From the NCBI GenBank assembly GCA_043228905.1, contig JBHGNT010000946.1, forward strand, positions 1 through 13,503: a DNA stretch of 13,503 bases, written 5' to 3'. This DNA is from Azolla caroliniana. Lineage: Eukaryota > Plantae > Polypodiophyta. Below, piece after piece: positions 8,823-13,503 of the stretch (its first letter is position 1; each line of letters starts with the position of its first letter). The notes beneath the pieces were generated by a model that did no database searches, had not been told where the DNA came from, and was given only the letters and a program-made list of their open reading frames with translations. The position numbers and the translations under genes are program-made.

Positions 8823-11800
8823 CTGGCATCAGGGTGGGAAATGTGATGTAAAATATATGCATATTTATTGCACAAAAACCAGAATTGATTATGAGATGAG
8901 ATTGGCTAAATGATTTCAATATTACACACCTTTGGCCATGGTTCATATGCAAGGCTTTGATGATGGCCAAGTCGTTGCCATAATTCCTCAGCCAAATGAG
9001 GAGCAAAAGGCGAGAGTAACAAAATAAAACTTTCCAACACTTGTCGAGGCCGATCCTCCCACTACAAGACCATTAAATCCTTTAAACAAAAGGTCATCCA
9101 ATCCTCACAACAGAGTAAAACAGGAATAAAAATTTAGCAAGTATTAAGTTCGAACAAGCCAGACTCCAAGTTTGAAAGTGAACCTTGTTTGCTGCATTTG
9201 TGAATTCCATCATCGCTGCAATAGCTGTATTGAAACGCATTCCTTCAAGTTCGTCTGTTACCTGGGTTTTTTATGGCCACAGCAATAAGAGCATTACGCA
9301 AGCTAGCTATATTAAAGGAATGAGAAAATACTGAAAACAGTTACCTTCTGAATGCACTGATGCAATATTCGGAGCTGTTCAGAAGAAGGTTTGTTTTCAG
9401 TAACAACACAGCCTTCTCGATATAAACCTGTTGTTGTGGCAGGCAAACCAACTACTAGCCTCCATGCCCGACCTAAGAAGCGATGGACTCCTTCTACCCC
9501 ATTGGTATTCCATATTTTGGTATCCCTAGAGAACAATACCCATAACAAAGAACTCTGACTTCACGTAAAGAAAACCTCAAATAAAAGAGCATTAATGCAT
9601 GCAAAAACGCTGTAAATACAAAAACGTTCGCGAAATCCAAACTCTATACTTACTGTTAGAAATTTCCGTTGTAAAAATATGGGTTCTAAAGACATGCCAA
9701 AATCACTTAAAGTAGATCAGTATTAACCTCAATGGACCCATGAACATCTCGTACAACCGTAAAGAATCTGCCCCATAATCATTGATTATATCATCTGGAT
9801 TGATCACATTACCCCTGCTCTTGCTCATTTTGAAAGCCCTTGCAATAACCCTGATATTTGGAAAGTCTTTAAGCACATAGCTCTCCCCAACTTTCAAAAC
9901 CTAAAGTAAAAATCAACTGAAATTTATGAATTCTGGGAAAGAGGATTCATACAAAGATGTTTCCTCCCTTCTAATTTTTATTTCCCTTTCTATTAGCTCT
10001 ATAGAAAAAGGATTCACACCTTATTAAAAGAGAAAAGTGCACTGATCTAAGAATTCAAATCAAGAGGCTAGAGAGAGACTATAATCAATTCATTAAGCAT
10101 CTAATTAGTGGTAAGAAAATTCTAGGATTTACATTCTAACATAACACTTACTCAATGTGAACTAATCATATAACTTTATAGTTATGTTAGAATCTAATTA
10201 GAGGTAAGGAAATCCTAGGATTTAGATGCTAACATAACACTTAATGTGAGCTTTGGGATACCTTCACGAATTCCTGTGGGTGTCACATTCATAAGCACTT
10301 CTGAGAGCTTTGAAATAGTACAGCCAGACATGATTATATGCAGCATTGATGTTACAAGAGAGACAGTATCGATGAGCACTATTTCAGGAGCCTTGCACAT
10401 TCATCGCATAATCTAGGCCGCTGAACTTCCAGATCAACATGCATCCACATTCTCCTACTTCTGTGAGATTTGGACTCCACCTCAACATCCACTCCCACTC
10501 CCACCTAACATGATATAATCTTGGGAATCAAGATCAGTGCCACCTATGGCAGTTCCTTTTAAGATAGTCCTAGAATCCCTCTCCTCCACACGTGATGTAT
10601 GGAGACATGGACAAATGATCAATGTTGTCGTTTTTGCACTAGGATTGAAGGTGCTTTCCATACCTTGGAGACCCTTTCATCTTGGAGTGGCCCATGGTGG
10701 AGATCTATTGAAGGCAGAATTTTCGGTCTACCTAACTTCAGAATCTTACATGCTTAGCTAAGGAAACAACATTTGTAGATGAGTTTCAATCTCTCATTTG
10801 GTCTGATTGGCCATGTTGGCCTCTTAAAGGATGAAAATATATCTTTCTTTCTTCGCAAGGACTACACCAACCATTTAGATTAACCATCAGATTGAGTAGA
10901 AGACTGAGAGAAACAGTCACAGCAGCTCATGTCTAGAGTGATCCCGCAGTTCATACTATGGGAATGGTTTAACCAACTAACCCACCACACGCCATCCATT
11001 ATGAGTTGCATAATTCTCTATAGTATATATTGTTCTCGTACATCATATAACAATAAGAACACATCACATGCCATGATGATCGTCATAGAGTACATATATC
11101 ATCGTCATCATCGACTATGTCTTTCAGTGTAATCTGTCTTATTTGTCCTTCATTAGGTAGCTAGAGAAGGCCATTGTCCATACTTCAGCATTACCAGACG
11201 CATTTATAATTTTATTATTTTCTTTCTTTCAAAGATAACAATCACTTCTTGTCTGTTTTCTGTTGTTTTGTTATATAAGCTCCTATTGTCACTACTGTCC
11301 ATACTTGGAAGAGATTTTTAAAAACATGTTACCAAGACAAACACCTATATTCAAATGGGGAAAATGTTTAATCTCCAATCCATGTCATGTACTTGTCTAG
11401 TAATGATGACCTTTACCTAATCCCTAATTTGGGAAGTATTACTCATACAGTTAAAAAAATAAAAAAATGTTCTTGATACATTTTGCATCAAAATTTACCT
11501 GGGTTTCTGGTACTTTTTCCTGAGTATAGTTATACCCTCCATCCACACACTCAGCTGAGACAAAGTTTCCTGAATGATCTCTATTGACTATGTACTCGAC
11601 CTACAGATGCAGAATAACACCTTTTTAAAGAAGGTTCTTATAAGGTTTGACTTGGATATATTGTTTGAAAATCTAAAAGACGCATACTTCTCCAAGAATC
11701 ATGCCTTGATTCACCAAGCATTGAAATGGCTCTTTGGTTGATACAACTCCAATATCATAAAGAACCTGAAGCATAAGATTTTGAACAAAGAAAGTTATGT

Positions 11801-12816
11801 TGCATCTTTCATCACAAACAATCTGATAAGGATTGCATGTAAGGAACTTGTCATGAAAATTGCATTCTTTAATGTCATTTGTCAGTGTGATTTTACATTG
11901 CTAATAGGTGATAGAAGTTATAGATCTAATGTGCTTTTCAATTCCACTGAATACTACTTGAGCACAACCCTCACTAGATCACACAGCATATAATGTAAAG
12001 CTCAGCAGGAATTATAAGGTTGTTCGGTGGAGACCAAAAGATCATGTGTTCAACCCCTAGATTCTATCGTGGCATCTGGTAAATTAGTGCAGTTCGTACA
12101 ATTTGAATCTATGTGCATCTAATACTAATTTAAGAACAACCTCAACTTGATCACACAACATATAATGTAAAGCTTGGCAGGAAGTATAAGGTTGTTTGGT
12201 GGAGACCAATAGGTCATGTATTCAAGAACCCTACATTCTATAGTGGCATCTGGTAAATTAGTGCACTTAGGAAGATATGAATCTAGGTGCATAGGTTATT
12301 GAAAACATAGCTTGCCACTATGGTAGAAGCGCAATATGAAGAAAAACGTATCCACAAAAAATATTATATATTCATTCATGCATTGAAAATCTCTTTAGAT
12401 ACCTTGTGCCAAAACCTTGCATACAATAAGCGTAAAACAGAATGTTCTGCACCTCCTACATACAGATCAACCGGGCCCCAATACCTGAAAAGTTTTGGAT
12501 GCATATAGTAAAGCTTCCTATTTTAATGTATATTTTTTCTACTAAGACCTGCTACAATACTATAAAATTTACCTCTCCTTTTCAGGGTCAACCAAAGACT
12601 TTACATTATGTGGATCCATAAACCTGAGATAATACCTGAATATATAGCCACTATTAGATACCATTCCACAATCACATGTACACTCTTTTCTGAAAATATG
12701 ACCTTTATTGGATGATTGTGAGTTGATGGTGTATACCAGCATGAGCCTGCCCATTGTGGCATAGTGTTTGTTTCCCTCCTTGCAGGCTTCCCTGTTTCTG
12801 GATCAATTGTCTTCAC
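8604..12816 (-). CDS. leuS: Leucyl-tRNA synthetase, bacterial/organellar type (plastid/mitochondrial; Arabidopsis EMB2369-like), 5'-partial, 10 exons
   Basis: Minus-strand exons 12816-12737, 12635-12573, 12484-12403, 11765-11688, 11600-11499, 9900-9728, 9525-9345, 9261-9184, 9061-8930, 8822-8604 are all GT-AG and phase-consistent. Motifs: [47 protein letters not shown], class I KMSKS (9831-9817), [47 protein letters not shown]. Confidence 0.96.
8930..9061 (-). CDS. leuS: LeuRS exon ([12 protein letters not shown]...[11 protein letters not shown]...EPWPK)
   Basis: ttgtag|TGG acceptor, AAG|gtgtgt donor, 44 codons. Confidence 0.93.
9184..9261 (-). CDS. leuS: LeuRS exon ([26 protein letters not shown])
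   Basis: cccag|GTA acceptor, AAG|gttcac donor. Confidence 0.92.
9345..9525 (-). CDS. leuS: LeuRS exon ([23 protein letters not shown]...CIQK)
   Basis: ctctag|G acceptor, AAG|gtaact donor. Confidence 0.92.
9728..9900 (-). CDS. leuS: LeuRS exon with KMSKS motif
   Basis: ctttag|GTT acceptor, AG|gttaat donor; [18 protein letters not shown]. Confidence 0.95.
10099..10250. repeat. ~60-bp direct duplication (period 93) with an inverted segment at the junction, in LeuRS intron
   Basis: atctaattag.ggtaag.aaat.ctaggattta.at.ctaacataacactta at 10099 and 10192. Confidence 0.88.
10520..10750 (+). mobile_element. Possible highly decayed LINE C-terminal zinc-knuckle (zf-RVT-like) fragment inside LeuRS intron
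   Basis: Higher GC than its flanks. Frames give HLWQFLLR and [14 protein letters not shown] (C-x2-C..E..H pattern). Weak, by eye only. Confidence 0.3.
11499..11600 (-). CDS. leuS: LeuRS exon ([16 protein letters not shown]...EKVPETQ)
   Basis: ctgtag|GTC acceptor, CAG|gtaaat donor, 34 codons. Confidence 0.88.
11688..11765 (-). CDS. leuS: LeuRS exon ([26 protein letters not shown])
   Basis: cttcag|GTT acceptor, GAA|gtatgc donor. Confidence 0.93.
11950..12292. repeat. Tandem duplication, two diverged copies of a ~172-bp unit, in LeuRS intron
   Basis: gatcacaca at 11977 and 12149; shared blocks atataatgtaaagct, tataaggttgtt, ggtggagaccaa, gtggcatctggtaaattagtgca. Confidence 0.92.
12403..12484 (-). 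CDS. leuS: LeuRS exon ([27 protein letters not shown])
   Basis: tttcag|G acceptor, AAG|gtatct donor. Confidence 0.93.
12573..12635 (-). CDS. leuS: LeuRS exon ([21 protein letters not shown])
   Basis: ttcag|G acceptor, AG|gtaaat donor. Confidence 0.92.
12737..12816 (-). CDS. leuS: LeuRS exon ([27 protein letters not shown])
   Basis: tttacag|GTG acceptor, TG|gtatac donor. Confidence 0.92.
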
Positions 12817-13503
12817 CTGTAAAAATTAGTTCATGAAAATGTGTAGAAAACAGAATCTTCATGAATCCATAATCCAAAATGTTATTTATTGTTTGATATA
12901 CGAATTAGTATCTGTTAATATTTTGTGATTTTGAGGCATGATATGCCCAACAATGAGTAATCACCTCTATTTATTGTTCAAAATCAATTGGCTTACATGT
13001 TACAGTCCTTCTCTACTACAGTGAGTTCCTTCACTATCAGAGGATACTAAACTGCTTACCTACAGTGAGTTCCTATTTGTTTACCTACTAGTCAAATGCA
13101 CCAATTACCTAGCAGGTAAGAGACCTTCTGTTAAGGATGCATGCATCTTATTATGGTATACTTCAGAGGGCCACTGTTCTTACACACTTAGTAGAAACTC
13201 ATCCCCCGTGCCCGAAATTAAAAATAATATTATTCACATATTTGATTCATGGGATTTATCAGAGATAGATATTCCAGACCTCAATAGGGCCTAGACATTG
13301 GGCATTGCATATCATTTAATCATTTATCATAAATACTAGTATGCTCATCAAGGGACTTCTCTCACATTGAGCATATGTTCGGCCAAGCATACTCTCTGCA
13401 GCTTGAGCCCAGGTATAATCTTAACACTGTTTCATTCATTAGTTGAGGAAGGGAAGATTCAATAGGCTGTACATTGCTCCTAACACCAACAGGCCGACTT
13501 GTT

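Noticed and set aside
1966-10651. Exact 16-bp match GCACTAGGATTGAAGG at 1966-1981 (SF3A3 exon) and 10636-10651 (LeuRS intron, antisense in that transcript)
   Set aside because: It does not extend on either side. A single 16-mer is uncommon but too short to support a regulatory or capture claim.
11060-11125. ATGATGA box C-like motifs and a weak hairpin
   Set aside because: No suitably placed CTGA box D. The pairing arises from low-complexity CAT/ATG triplets.
12395-12402. Donor GTATCT as a possible U12-type intron
   Set aside because: It does not match the GTATCCTT consensus beyond position 5, and I saw no U12 branch site.
397-12508. Remaining short ORFs in the ORF track (e.g. 397-582, 1649-1969, 4356-4662, 8323-8508, 10215-10400, 10929-11132, 11781-11993, 12320-12508)
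   Set aside because: They are antisense or off-frame shadows of real exons, or chance ORFs in introns and intergenic DNA, with no recognisable motifs.
1-13503. Prokaryotic features (operons, CRISPR arrays, leuS T-box) or organellar DNA insertion suggested by the bacterial-type LeuRS
   Set aside because: The gene is split by spliceosomal introns, as expected for the nuclear-encoded organellar enzyme. No regularly spaced repeat-spacer array is present.

Overview
Eukaryotic, AT-rich land-plant nuclear DNA; the ORF track mostly shows fragments of spliced genes. Two convergent, intron-rich housekeeping genes are present, each cut off at its 5' end by the window edge. (1) On the + strand are the last 10 coding exons (769-4053) of splicing factor 3A subunit 3 (SF3A3/SF3a60/PRP9; Arabidopsis ATO). 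(2) On the - strand are the last 10 coding exons (12816-8604) of a bacterial-type, organellar leucyl-tRNA synthetase carrying the KMSKS motif. The ~4.5 kb between them holds decayed retroelements, all on the - strand: a LINE ORF1-like remnant, an LTR-less Ty3/gypsy RNase H-integrase fragment bordered by inverted telomeric repeats, and a LINE reverse-transcriptase fragment, plus microsatellites. Main observations: the SF3A3 zinc-finger exon lacks 8 conserved codons and has an in-frame TGA where the second Zn-ligand Cys belongs; LeuRS has Arg in place of a normally invariant leucine-pocket His; one SF3A3 intron is GC-AG; several introns carry tandem or inverted duplications. I found no convincing novel multi-gene system. 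The best candidate story is a recently decaying duplicate or allele of two essential genes.
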